The notes under the pieces are model-generated. The model did not search any database. It had not been told where the DNA came from and saw only the letters and a list, made by a program, of their open reading frames with translations. The position numbers and the translations under genes were made by a program. A stretch of 61,014 nucleotides of DNA, the filler included, from Sphacelaria rigidula (lineage: Eukaryota): the NCBI GenBank assembly GCA_964200075.2. It is 7 parts of 7 records of this genome, joined end to end, with 100 filler letters (N's around TTAATTAATTAA, not from the genome) between each part and the next. Parts side by side here need not be neighbours in the genome. Positions count along the whole stretch, not along the records: positions 1 to 8,631 come from CAXNAA020010546.1; positions 8,732 to 17,362 come from CAXNAA020010547.1; 5 more parts are not named here. The stretch is one strand, 5' to 3'. Positions 1 to 12,534 of this stretch are shown in pieces (position 1 is the stretch's first letter; each line of letters opens with the position of its first letter).

Positions 1-765
1 GGATGTCTGACACACTTATGAGCCTCTTTTTTCGTGCATCCAAATACCCCCCCCTATCGCAGGATGACTCGCGTGTAGTTATCATTTCGGAAGTCATGGA
101 AAAGACGTGGGTTGTTCTGCTGGTCGCGGTTTGCTGTACTCATCGTAGGATCACCTTGTGCGCCTGCGCCCAAATTCATACTCCTTTCTCTTTCGCAATC
201 TACAATAGCATCACGTTTTGTGGTCTCAATAAGATCTGCCTGTTTTCCGTCCATACCTGCTTGTTTTTCTTCCATGATTCGCAGTTTTTCGGTCTGCTGT
301 ACCTCCATAAGCTGAAGCTTTCCCGTCAATTCTTCCGTACTATATTCCTTCATGTTAGCCATTGACCGACTCTAATTATCTATTACTGTTGCTTGCTGTT
401 GAATTGACTATCTCAACCTATATTGACCTCTCACGTGTTGACTCCCTCTCTCGTCGGCTCAAGCGCAATCAAATGCTGCTGTATTTTGCTCAAATTGTAA
501 CAAACGCTAGCTGCGTGACTCTCTCGTTGGCTCAAGCGCTACCAAATGCTGCTGTATTTTGCCTCGAGCTGGCTCAAGCGCTGTGAATACTGCTGTATGT
601 TGCTCAAACTCGCTTCTGACTTCCCTGCTTTTTCCGGCTGCAATCGATCCGTTTCAAATTCGCTAGCGTAATTGATAAAGGGACCGCCCCGTAGGGGACG
701 CGCTCTAGACAAAGCAATGTATATACCTTCTTCTTGTTTTAAACTCTTACAGCCTTCACTCACCA
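1..765 (-). mobile_element. Possible 5' internal region of an LTR retrotransposon (leader with short tandem repeats followed by a coiled-coil gag-like start)
   Basis: Minus strand: TGGTGAG.. near 764 (PBS-like), three GGCTCAAGCG..TGCTGTAT repeats at ~447-610, then ORF 54..362 MANMKEYSTEELTGKLQLMEVQQ (charged, coiled-coil-like) broken by a stop; no diagnostic motif or LTR seen. Confidence 0.3.
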
Positions 766-1379
766 AACATCAACCGTGCACGCTCCACCCGAGCTGCTCT
801 TTCCTACCCAGAATGCAATGACCGAAATGCACCAAAAACAAGGACTGCCCAGGAAAGAGAGGACCGTACACTGGGTTCCCTCATATGTTGTACACCCAGT
901 CATAACACAATCCGTTACTGCAGACGATATCCGATACCCATGATATTTCATCAATCTGCATCGCATGTACTCGAATTAATCCACGTACACATGCACTAGT
1001 GTTTAGCTCGGCGATATTATATTAGCTCCAAAGCATCAAGCTTTGTTTAGCTGCAGGTGTGGTATAATGTAGGGTTGTCGGGGTATGTAACGCAAATGTA
1101 TGTACATAGCCCATCAAAACCCCGTAGTCCCATGTCGATCGAAACAACACACGAAATAATTTTCAGATGAAAAACCTGAAAGATTTCATCGCGGTATATA
1201 CTGTACTTTGATCGGGATATGAAAATCACAACAATAGACTGGAGTGGACTCTACAATACCATGCAGCACAGTGCCACACCGTGCTTATACGTGCGGTGCC
1301 ATATACTGCAGAGTTAGTGCGGCATATGCGCTACGTATGAATATACAAGGTGGATACCTGCAGCTCATTTTGATATATG

Positions 1380-2335
1380 CACCGGTGGACACTCGGCTAC
1401 ACCCTGCGGGGTGCCTGTCAAGGTGAACACCCTGTGGAAACCCTGTGATGACCTTGTGCAGGATATGAAACCCTGACAGGATCGCTTGACAGTACCTTGT
1501 CGGCACGAATGCCTTGACAGGGTTTGATGGTAATACCTTATAAACTGGTAGACCTTGCACAAGGTAGTGTGTCAATACCTCGCACCAAGACTGACCTTGG
1601 CAGGGTGATACCCCATACCCTGGACAAGTCTTTACCCTCGCAAGGTAATGTTGCTATACCCTGTCCTAAGGTACACCTTGACAGGGTGATGCTCCGATAC
1701 CTTGTGCCGAGGCACACCTTGACGAAGTGATGTTTCCGTACCTTGTGCAAGGACACATGCTGGCAGGGTAATATTTTGATACCCTGTACTAAGGTACACC
1801 TTGACAGGGTGGTGTTCAGATACCTTCTGCTAAGGTACACCTTGACAGGGTGATATTTCCGTGCCTTCTGACGAGGCACACCTTGACAGGGTGATGTTTT
1901 CGTACCTTGTGCAAGGACACATACACCGGTGGACACTCGGCTACATCCTGTGGGGTGCCTGTCAGGGCAAACACCCTGTGGAGACCCAATGATGACCTTG
2001 TACAGGGCATAGCACCCTGCCAGGGTCGCGTGACAGTACCTTGTTGGTACGAAAACCTTGACAAGGTTTGATGGTATACCTTCTACATTTGTAGACCTTA
2101 CGCAGGGGAGTGTGCCAGTACCTCGCATCAGGACTGACCTTGGCAGGATGATGTCCCATGCCCTGGACGAGTATCCACCCTGGCAACGTAATGTTACGAT
2201 ACCTTGTGCTAAGGCCCACCTTGACAGGTTCATATTTCCATACCTTGTGCAAGAGCACATACTGGCAGGGTAATAATTCGATACCCTGGGCAAGCATCAC
2301 GTTGGCAAGGTAATGTTTCGACACCTTGTTATACA
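1380..2335 (+). repeat. Higher-order array: two related units (first 544 bp, second ~410 bp) built of 41-bp palindromic monomers, each unit starting with a CAC-type transposon end
   Basis: CACCGGTGGACACTCGGCTACA at 1380 and 1924; monomer CACCTTGACAGGGTGATG..ATACCTTGTGCTAAGGTA recurs at 1674, 1715, 1756, 1797 (period 41). Confidence 0.85.
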
Positions 2336-2677
2336 CCACATACGCACAGGGTTTCGCAAGCATCCACTGTACTGCAGTGCCCATCCAGGCGAGTACGCTG
2401 CACAGTAGCTTTTTCCAGTGCACATTGTACTCGATACAGAAGTGAACATGATCGGTCAGTACACTGAGGGAAAAAATACTCTGAGTAAATGGTGAGGGCA
2501 AGAATCAAACCAACGTACGAGGTATCTCGGGTTTTATTACGTAGGAGCTGATATTCCAACCAGCTACACACGTTCATTAGAAAATGACCCGTGGAGGTTT
2601 TCTTGGTGCGTGTTCGGGCTGGCGCCAGTGGCGGTTAAGCCAAGAGAGCATATATGCCGCGCTTGAAGTGTAGACAG

Positions 2678-4011
2678 CACCCGTGAACAAATAGCACCCT
2701 GTACGACGAGCTGCACAGTGTTCTCCACAGTCTTTGTGAAAGCCCCTGTGCAGCATTTGCAAATCCTAGTACCTGTAATAGCATTTTGCATAGCGTTTTT
2801 GTCGAAACCCTACAAGAAACCCTGTGGAGAGGCTTTCCCAATTTCGAAAATTCCAAATTATTTTGGTATCAAATCTGTATATATATTAATATATATATAT
2901 ATATATGAATAGCTCCTCCTGCTGTCCGAGATAAATCCTCTTTTTGCTCGATTTGAATCGGGCAAAAAGGAATTTATCTCGGACAGCAGGAGAAGCTATT
3001 CAAAACAGATCTTTTTTTCGCCCATTTTATTTGGGCAACAAAAGAATTTATTTCGAACAGCAGAAGAACCTATTCGAAATAGATAATTTTTTCGTCCATT
3101 TGAATTGGGGGAAAAAAACGATCTAATTCGAACAGCTTATTCTGCTGCGCAAATCCCATGCACACGGGCAGATTTGGAATCAGAACAGCAGAAGAAGCTC
3201 AAAATAAATCTTCACTTTGCCCTCCAATTTCATTCGGAAATTGTGGGAAAAGAGATTTATTGCAAGCAGCGTCAGATGTGCATATCCCGCATACTGTACC
3301 GTTACCAGCGTATGGGATCATACACGCAACAAAAGTTGTTGAGAGCAGTTCATCCTACAGCCCCAGAGGATGAATATTTCTCAACAGCTTTCGCTGAGTA
3401 GAGATCCCACACATTGGTTACGTCTGTATGTCTACACCTGTGCTTCAAGCACAAACTTGGCGTGATAAAATGCTGGTGGAATATACCTCGCATATGAATG
3501 CACATTGCTTTTGAAAACCCCGTGGTGCGTAGTCTACCAAAATCACTCAACCGAGTATGCTTTTGTTTAGAGAGGTTTTTGCTTGATGGTTATTAGAACA
3601 AAATATCTCTCACGTCACAACAAGCCAGGTAGCTTGATGTGCACACTGACGCCCTCCCAAGCACAACATCGTGAGGCCGAGTCCCACTGCTGTTATTTCT
3701 TGATCGTTTTTTCTGCCAGTACCATGCCCATGCTGTATGGAGTATATTGCATGTGCCCTGCAAAGGCTGTACAGCATATTAACAGCGATGAATTCTACAC
3801 GGAGTGACGAAACCCTGTGAAGCGCCCCGTGTGACACAAAATAATACCCTACAGTCAAATCTCCGCGAGTAACCCTGCACAATTTCCCTGAAACCCTGTG
3901 AAGCGCCCTGTGGAGCGCAAAACAACTACAGCCAGATCCCCGCGAGAAACACTGCACAGTTTCCCTGAACCCTGTAGACGAGCCCCACAGGGTGCTATTT
4001 GTCCACGTGTG
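2678..4011. mobile_element. Non-autonomous CMC/CACTA-like DNA transposon
   Basis: TIRs CACCCGTGAACAAATAGCACCCTGT (2678) and ACAGGGTGCTATTTGTCCACGTGTG (ending 4011); 2-bp AG/AG flanks; subterminal AACCCTGTG repeats; no transposase ORF. Confidence 0.75.
2907..3200. repeat. Foldback/hairpin repeat nested in the CMC-like element next to a (TA)n tract
   Basis: Near-perfect palindrome 2907-3001 (GAATAGCTCCTCCTGCTGTCCGAGATAAAT...ATTTATCTCGGACAGCAGGAGAAGCTATTC) plus degenerate GAACAGCAGAAGAA copies at ~3055 and ~3184. Confidence 0.8.
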
Positions 4012-6040
4012 AGGAGATGGTGTTAGAATTGCCTCTTGTGGGCAGGGCAGTCCAGAAGAACCCACTGTCTAAAACGCGGTCGAGAAAGAAGCAAGCAGCA
4101 ACGAAGGGAGGCTGCTGCTACGTCCCACCTTAGACCGAGATATCATAAGTAGTTCCGGCGATCGAACTACTATCTACTGTAATACATGCACTGCTCTACT
4201 TGTCCGACGATCACGTACACAACAACACGTTACGAAGCCTTGGGTAAATGAGCTCCGAAGCGTGATTTCCTAACAACGTCAAGCACAATAAGTATTGCAG
4301 TACAGCATGAACGCACAAATGAAAAAAATACTGCCACTCACATATATCAGATGATAATGACATTTCTTTGGAGATGTATTTCGTGGAAGATGACAGTAGC
4401 CTTAATTGAGCTGAAGTTTTTCCGAAGCAGAGCGCTATGCATATGGCACGAAAAATTGCGAGCGTCCTTTGGAGCTGTGGGGATGAGCCAAGCCGCTGTA
4501 TGCAGCTAGCTCTCTCCGGTGAATTTCTCCCGGGCGGTGATGGTGCGATGGCATCAACCAGAACGCAGCGTTGGGCGCAATGCATGCGCATGCATACGTG
4601 TTCAACTCGTAGGTACGACCGGCTACCAGTGTAATACCGTATAGCATGTTTTACGTCCAAACTCATGTCGGGGTTGAGCAAATGAGCTGGGTATACAGCA
4701 CGCACATTGCGTGAACTCCAATCGAGGCCGCTGCTGAAATGCTTTGCCCCTGTGCGATTGGCAAGATCTTGAAATTGTGCCAACCAGTACAGTAAGCATT
4801 CGATCTCGGGCTCCACTCCACCCCCCTTTCAGCTCAAGAGGGCAAGTCGCATCGAATTATATTAGGTAAACCATTTGTAATTTTCTGTGCCACAAGCTGC
4901 ATAATATACACGTAACACGTTCACGTTCACGTTACGTTTATCACGCACGACACAACAGCACCGTGCTGTTTCTTCGCGCGCCCCAAAATTCTAAAATTAT
5001 CCCCACACTCCTTGTCTTGTAGAAATTTCCTTGCTGTACTCTTTTAGGCGGTTTCAGCACATGTGTTTTTCCGATGGCCGCATTTCCTTTTCTTGCCCAA
5101 ACTTGTGTTTTTCTCGGCGACCGCTGATTTCTCGGAGACTAGAGCAAACTCAGAATTCGGGTTTTCTTTTCTGGACGTGACCCGTCTATTGGAAAAATGA
5201 GCACTCCCGATAAAAATACAAGTTTCAGTTCGTAAAGAACTGCGGCCAACGAGAAACGCACAGGTGTGCTGGAACTGTTTCAAGGAGCACAACAAAGGAC
5301 TCCGAAATGTCAAGATCTGCATAGTTCTCTCTTGGGGCATAAACAAGGCAAAAGCTCCAAAAAGGCTGTTTCCCAGATTTTAGTTTCGTTCGCCATGAGA
5401 AGCGCGACTAGGTACTTCACACGTGTGAAGAAAAAATCTTGTTTACCGGTGCGTTTTTGGCCTTCTCCGTTGTTTTACACATGCTAAAGTGGGGGCAGGC
5501 GAATGTCATCACTTGGAATGATGTGCTTTTCTCGCGGAGACCGTTCCTGTGCACCTTCGCGTTTCACGGTGGCTGCAGTTTTGGCCAAACTTGTTTTTTC
5601 TATTGCATCCTGTTTGGCTTTTTTTTTTCTGTTCCTTCGTTCGCAAAGGTGCCACGGAAGGGGTAAACAAGGGAAAGAAGTCATTCCAAGTGACATCCGC
5701 CTAGCCCTCTTTTCGAGCTTGAAACCAAGAAGGGCCAAAACGCGCTTTTTCACAAGATATTTTTCAACACATGAGAGGTGACGTAATTGGTGGCATTTTT
5801 ATAACTTGACCGTTTGTTTTTTGAAAACACAAGTTGCCACCGGAATACGCGAAGATGCCCTGGAACGGTCTCAACGAGTAGAGCGAGTCACCCTAAGGGG
5901 CCAACATTCGCGTAGCCCTCTCTGACGTAAAACGACGGAAAAGGGCCAAAAAGCAAGTTTACACCGGATGTTGTTTTTGTTTACAAATAGGAGTGACCCT
6001 GTTTCCCAATTCCTTCTTTTTTCGCTTAGTTTTTCAGTTG

Positions 6041-6418
6041 TGGGACGTGCGTTTTAGATTTCGGCCGCCCAACAGGGACTATCGTCATCACTTGTCTTGG
6101 ACACTCCGCATCACGCCACGGAAACGAGCCTAGACCGCCTTCCCGATAAGCCTCGCTGCGTGGTTTCCAGAATGGCCTCTGAAAATCCAATTTAAGATGA
6201 AAATACACGAGGACGAGGGAAAATCCCAAAATACCTGCATTAACCGCAGACGCCGTATTTGTTCATGTCCAGTCAGATTTTTGCCTAGAGTCTGTTGTCG
6301 AAATATCGAGCCAGGCGGATTGGGAAGGGGAATCATCTCGATGGGGTGATGCGAATGTCCAAGATATGTCATGGTGATGTCCCCTGTTTGGGTGCGAAAA
6401 GCTCTATCAAACGTCCCA
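6041..6418. repeat. Degenerate foldback MITE
   Basis: Arm TGGGACGT..CAACAGGGAC..TCTTGGACACTCCGCATCAC is the reverse complement of GTGATGCGAATGTCCAAGA..CCCTGTTTGGG..ACGTCCCA. Confidence 0.6.
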
Positions 6419-8631
6419 AGACCAAAGAATCTGCCTCATGTATGTCGAGCGTTCATCGCGGGTATCGCACACATGAACTGCATGTCACGCGAAGTAAATA
6501 ATAAGAAATGACGGCATTATGCTCTACCGAGCATTCTCGTTCTCATCCCTTGCATACGGACGCGCTGTTGCCCCCCACGCAGACACGAACTCATATTTAA
6601 GGCTATTCAAGGCACCTGGATCAATCCTTGCCGGCTATTACATTTAGGTGCCATATAGATGCACTTTTTGTACTGTCAGACGCGAACCAAACGGCTCAAG
6701 TCGTTTATTGGGGAATACTACTTTTTTTCACATGTTTATCTGTCTTGAGAATAAATTGCGTTTCGTCGACGTGCTCTTGTCCATCGACAGATAAGTGCCA
6801 CACTCCTGAACTTCGCGCTGGCGGAGATGGAAGTGTCAAAGCTGCACTTGGAAGTTAAGCATCCGGGAGTGCGTGCAGAGAAGATATGCGAGCCCTGTGC
6901 ATCCACGAACAACGGGGGATACGCACCCGCAACCAAGCGGGCGTTTCAGACAGAGTGAGTGTTACAAGTACAGGGGGATACCCTACGGAGACATGACAAT
7001 GATTAATACGGCTCCTTGGGAAAGAACGCACATTTTGACTATATCACGTACCAGTACAGGTGTTGGCGTTTTCTCTTTACCTTTGGTGCGCACATGTGTT
7101 CGGCAGGACGTCTGTATACCCTAACCCTGTACCTCGATGACGCCATTTGACTGCCTCGATGATATTTAGGATGTGAAGCTAGATGCTCGGGTTCTTCGTG
7201 GGAGGATATCGCTCAGCGTCGGGACTGAGATGAATTACGGCGACAGATCTCTCCCTGCAGCACGAACCGGACGCAGTTCATCTGCCCTTACGTGGCGAAG
7301 CAACCCGGTACGAATTCAAATGTCTGCACTGTAGTGATTGATTTCGCAGGAGATTCTTGGAACAAAAATCCATGTGGCGATTTTTACTAGGTTTTGGTGT
7401 ACCACCGCTCATCCTGAAGCACGTTTGACCCCCAGAGTTGGAGATGAGGCGACACCAGGCATACGCTTCACGTTTTGAAATAAAATCATCTCTGTACTCA
7501 ATACCGAATGACCTACGAGTCGAATCGACAGGGGTCGTTTTGACCGTTTTGGGTCCTAACCTGATATCTTCTCGGCTGTAGCGCAACGGTTATGTTGAAA
7601 TAAAAAATAAAGATATGCGAGTTTGTTGTACGAGAGCTGTCACGATTATGCTATGCTCTGCACGGTCCGGCAATTTTCGTACCTGGGTAAGTTTCTGAAT
7701 TTTGTGGTACATCATTTCACCTCTCGAAATATCTAGCTTCTATTTACATTTTAAAAACAGAAGCAGGTCACCCTCATGGGGACAATCATCAAGTCGTTGT
7801 CGTCGGGGTGAGGCGGTGTAAACACAACGTCCATCGGGGAATATCGACCGTCACTGGTCCAAAACCCAAAGTTTTCCGACTCTAGCGCAAAGAACAGATG
7901 ATAAATAAAACAAAACTTCACTTCGCTTGTTCACAGCAACGGTCGGGGTTGCCTCCATGGATTGCTTCCATCGAGCAAAATACCGAAGGGTTAGAAGCTA
8001 CGACTCCGTAGCCGCAGTGTCCCCGAATATATCACTTCAGCCCGTCAGTTGTTCAATATTGTGGAGTGGATGCATAGTATCTTCCGATCCCCAAACTTGA
8101 GGATCGAATATTTTCTGGGATGAGCGGTGGCATGCGTGAAAACTTTAGACAAATGCCGCCTGCGAAAATATCACAAAAGTACTGCAGGGTATATACACTG
8201 TTGCAAAGACTGCCGATGAATATCGGGTGTTTCTGCACATTCATCACCCGGCGGCATCACTTTTTCATCACGTGTTCACCGTGGTGTATGCATGGCGCGA
8301 GAACGATAATATTGTGCTCCCTTTTCCCAAAAATAACGATCCAACCCCAACCAATCAACCTCAACCCAAAACTCAAACATTACTGAACTTTGTTGTTCCA
8401 ACGCGCAATTATTAATAATATATAACACAATATTTCGGAATGGGGGTTGGAGTTGGGTTGGGGTGGCATGGTTTGGATTATTAATTTTCAGGACAAAAGA
8501 ACATCATACAGATCATCTAACAACAAATTGTACGAATTGAGGTTTAACTCCGAGATGAGGTTCAAGCCTGAAACAGTGCTTTCCCCACACTTTCAGTGAT
8601 GTAGCCCAATGACGTTTTTGTCGGCCTAATG

Positions 8632-8731
8632 NNNNNNNNNNNNNNNNNNNNNNNNNNNNNNNNNNNNNNNNNNNNTTAATTAATTAANNNNNNNNNNNNN
8701 NNNNNNNNNNNNNNNNNNNNNNNNNNNNNNN
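8632..8731. other. Artificial contig spacer (N44-TTAATTAATTAA-N44); identical copies at 17363-17462, 26094-26193, 34825-34924, 43555-43654, 52285-52384
   Basis: Exactly 100 bp each time, with a six-frame-stop linker; flanked segments are 8630-8631 bp long, i.e. size-sorted contigs. Confidence 0.97.
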
Positions 8732-9934
8732 GCAACCACTATGGCCTCACACAAAAATCCAGCTATGTCACGCTCTTCAGCTGTCCATGGCGGTCAGTAT
8801 GATGCCATGTATGCGACTATTGGGTAGGTATTGCGAAAGGCGTTTGCTGACGACACAATTCTGAGTGATGAACGTGAACCAGCCTGTAGAGTAAATCTGT
8901 ATAATCCGGGCGACTCGTCCCTATATCCAGGGATGTCTGGAGGATAGTCCAAATATCCGGATATGATATTTCTTATGCGAGATTGCAGATACATGCGAGG
9001 ATTTTTTACCCAATATATTCATATCCTATTGGGGCCAATTTCAGACCCAATACCGAACTCTATTCGGTACATACATTGGCTATGGTGTGCCCGACTGGTG
9101 CACCAAGGTTTCACGTTGGTACCTGCAGCGGCGGTCGACAACTTCACAGTCAGAATTGAAGTTCAAAAGTCGAAAATGGCACCGGTCAACCGTCGAAAGA
9201 TACACCAGCTGCAGTTACGCCGCATAATCATCGTACCAAACCATACTGGCGTAACCGCTGCGCCCCTGCGGCAGCACAGGAGAAATGGGGGACAAGTGCA
9301 CAACCGTACTCCCCAGCTCTGTGGGCTTGTTTGGCTTCGCTACATCGCCCCACCCAACGATATGCCTTCAATCACGTCGGCATTAACAGGGCACCTAGTG
9401 TTGTGTTCCCAATGCACGCCGTATTGGACTGCGGGCGATAGAGTACTGTGCACGATTGCACTGCAGAGCACGGTACAGTAGCTTTCTACAGTCAGTAGTC
9501 ACACATGAGAAAAAGGGGTGCAGCACATCATACACTCTCATACTGTATTTTATGTAAAGTTTTCAGTTTTGGAGGCGACGCATTCGACTGTACAAGGCAT
9601 ACTTGCACAATAGTGTGTCGTGTTACTTGCTTGTTGGAGCAAATGGCTTAATCCTTTTTCACGTGGACTGAAGACGTCATGCACTAGCCGGCACGCGTCC
9701 TTTTGGCCTGGTGCCCTGAGCGTGGTCGGCACCTATCGGCGTTGTATTGTGCACGAGATGATTCAATGAAGAGCAACACTATTCAGACCACCCCACGAGC
9801 GAAATCATCAATCTTTCAGCCAGAAACCTACACCGACGATCCCGCGTTGTCCAAAACTTGCCACCGATGCCATGCGCTGGGCCGGCACTCCGTTGTGCCA
9901 GGCCCGCCGCACGTATGACCAATATATATATGTA

Positions 9935-11102
9935 CTACAGGCTGGGCCGCTCAAGAAGCAGACTTGACTTCAGCCGGTTCGAACTGGCGATGCATCGCGA
10001 GTTGTGCCTACCATGGCACATCGTGGTGATCTGTAAATCAACGCGGTCCTGCACTTGACGTAGCACTGCGATCTGACAAGTTGCCCTCAAACGAAATACC
10101 ATTCTGTAGTCAGCTGCGAAGTGTAGAGACTTGAGGGTGCCATGTGCGGCGGAATTAGGGGGGGAAACGGCTGAAACAGCATTTTCGGTCACAGTCGCTT
10201 GTGCCGTGGCCGCAAAGTGATGGTCCTGCACAAGTTGTGGTTATACAACAACGCATGTCGTACTGTAGGCGCGCACTGTCTGGGATGGCACACAGACGAG
10301 GCCTCCAGCGCGCCAGGGCGTCTGGTAGTAATGTGAGCAGCGGGTGAAGAAAGCTTGTAGAGAACGTCAAAGTTCCGGCTGAGGTTGTTGTACTCCAAAA
10401 GCAAGCCAACCGGTTCTCAACAAACAAGCATGGTTGCGCTGGTCAATTTTGAGTCGTTTTCCATGAAATTTTGACACCATGTACATGAGGTATGTGCGAA
10501 GCCCCTATAGTTTCCCGCTTTATTTTTTTCTTCCCTCTCATGAATTATTGGTGATCAAAATTCGGAACAGCTAATCTGTACAAAATCGTCGACAAGTCAT
10601 TGAAGAGAAGAAAAAAATCAAGGAGGGATATTAGGATCTTCACAACATATCTCATGCACATCATGTCGAAATTCCGTGGAAGAAGACTTGAAATTCAACA
10701 GCATAACCGTGTTTCATTTTCTCGTGGCTGGTCCATCCCCACCTAGGAACCGGTCTTCGACACGAACACACGATTTTTCACCTCAATTTTTGGGTCGTTT
10801 CCTATGAAATTCTGACACGATGTACACGACGTATGTGCGGAGACCCCATAATGTGCCGCCTACATTTGTTTTTCATTCTCCGTGAGTTGTTGGTGACTAT
10901 TATTTAGTATCTCAGAACACTTTTTAGGAAACAAATCGTGAATAATCACGAGAGAAAAAAAAAACAGTTGGGGGCAGATGATGGAGTCTTCGCACATAGG
11001 TCCTGTACATCGTGTCGAAAATTTATAGAAAACGACTCAAAATTGAGCTGCATAATCGCGTGTTCATATCCCTGTCTGCGTCTTGGGTGGCCCAGCCTTT
11101 AG
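9935..11102. mobile_element. Non-autonomous TIR element with TA target duplication (Tc1/mariner-type ends) and internal tandem palindromes
   Basis: TA|CTACAGGCTGGGCCGCTCAAGAAGCAGAC ... GTCTGCGTCTTGGGTGGCCCAGCCTTTAG|TA; internal unit CAATTTTGAGTCGTTTTC..GACACGATGTACA in +,-,+,- orientation over ~10444-11060. Confidence 0.8.
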
Positions 11103-11487
11103 TATGAGTATTTCAGCCCGTCTGCAGGTTATTTTCTCTCGTGGATTGATTTTTCGAACCCCAGTCTGTTGGGCAATGTTTTTCCGCTAGCTATGAGACA
11201 AACAGATCCATTCTCCGATTCCCTGGAAGTTGACTTTTCGTTTGCCACGGTTCTGCTCAAGTCGGGACTCTCCCGAATCTGTCTTGATTCGGGGCGCAGA
11301 TCGGGGGTGAATCGGGAGTGTCCCGACTTAAGCAGAAAGGTGACATACCAAAAGTCAATGTCCAGAGAATTGGAGAATCGATCTGGTATTCTCACGGCTA
11401 CCAGAAAAACATTACCCAACAGACTGGGGTTCGAAATATCAATCCACGGGTGAAAATCACCTGTAGACGGGCTGACATCCTCATACT
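11101..11487. mobile_element. Foldback MITE (~390 bp, almost wholly self-complementary)
   Basis: AGTATGAGTATTTCAGCCCGTCTGCAGGTTATTTTC..CGAACCCCAGTCTGTTGGG mirrored by CCCAACAGACTGGGGTTCG..GAAAATCACCTGTAGACGGGCTGACATCCTCATACT. Confidence 0.8.
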
Positions 11488-12534
11488 TGTACAAATACAG
11501 ATTTGTCCCCCCCCATAAAATATGGTTTTTCTCATGCCAAAAAAAAACATCCGCACTTTCGTAGAATCTCGTGTTCATTCCGAACAATTTCGACCGCCGT
11601 CCAGTCGACGCTAGATTTCGGGAATGATCCGTAGTCAGTCTCGAGTTGAACTCTTATTGTTTGCCCTGGTGAGAAATCTGCTCTCGCATTTTTCGGAAAG
11701 GAAGTTTTTTTTTTCTTTTTACTGAAGAATTCGGAGATTTCGTCCGGAAAAAAATCTTGTTAATAGTACCTCTTGCAGTACAAAATATTGTTGATTAGAT
11801 ACGTCATACATTTATTTCCTCTTCATGCAAAAACACGTCTTGCGCTATATGATATATCACATGCGGGAGTCTAGGAGGCTGACAGTCTGAAGCGCTTACA
11901 AGCCGGTGTGCTCACCATGCATTTTTGCTTGAATCGGCGCTGTGTGGCGCGGGTTTGAACTCTGCCAACGCACGCCTTGTACATGGAATGCTCTAGACGC
12001 CCCTTGCCGGAACGTTCTCCTTCAGTCTAGGATTGGGGTATGGTTTAGGGTCGGGGCTACGGTTGTAGGTCAGCATGTTCTAAACTGTGTCAACCATGGG
12101 CTACGTGGTGATGAACCTACGTAGACCCCCTTTGCCTGTGCTGGTATTGTTATGACCATTGATTCAGGTATGTCTTCTCTGCCTCTGAATTAAATTGTTG
12201 TCGTTATTGTTACTGCTGCTGCTGCTGCTGTTATAGTTGTTGTTGTGTCGTCAGTCATGCAGAAACCGAATAAACGTTATGTCGTTCATCCCCTCCCCCC
12301 ACCCTCCCATCGCCACGCCCTTCAACCCTTACAGTTCGTAAACCCCCAGGTCACTGCAACACACCGAATACAATCAGCGTTCCACACATGTGGCGGCAGC
12401 ACACTTCAACCGGCCGCTGCCACCGCGACACCCCGCCGCCCCGGGATATAAAATGTCGCCGGACCCGCAATCGCCCGCATTCCACCGCGACAGCAGCATC
12501 ACAATCATCTCGCCGCAGTCCATTCACCCGCAAA

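Noticed and set aside
1538-2293. 251-aa repetitive ORF
   Set aside because: Product of the 41-bp array; the period is not a multiple of 3 and motifs rotate through frames
1380-2335. CRISPR-like array of regularly spaced palindromic repeats
   Set aside because: No unique spacers (whole monomers are homologous), degenerate repeats, no cas genes, eukaryotic context
4211-4816. 201-aa minus-strand ORF
   Set aside because: Non-ATG start, no recognisable motif, no supporting splice structure; likely a chance ORF in decayed repeat sequence
8676-8687. TTAATTAATTAA as a conserved biological site
   Set aside because: Always centred in 88 Ns; an assembly linker
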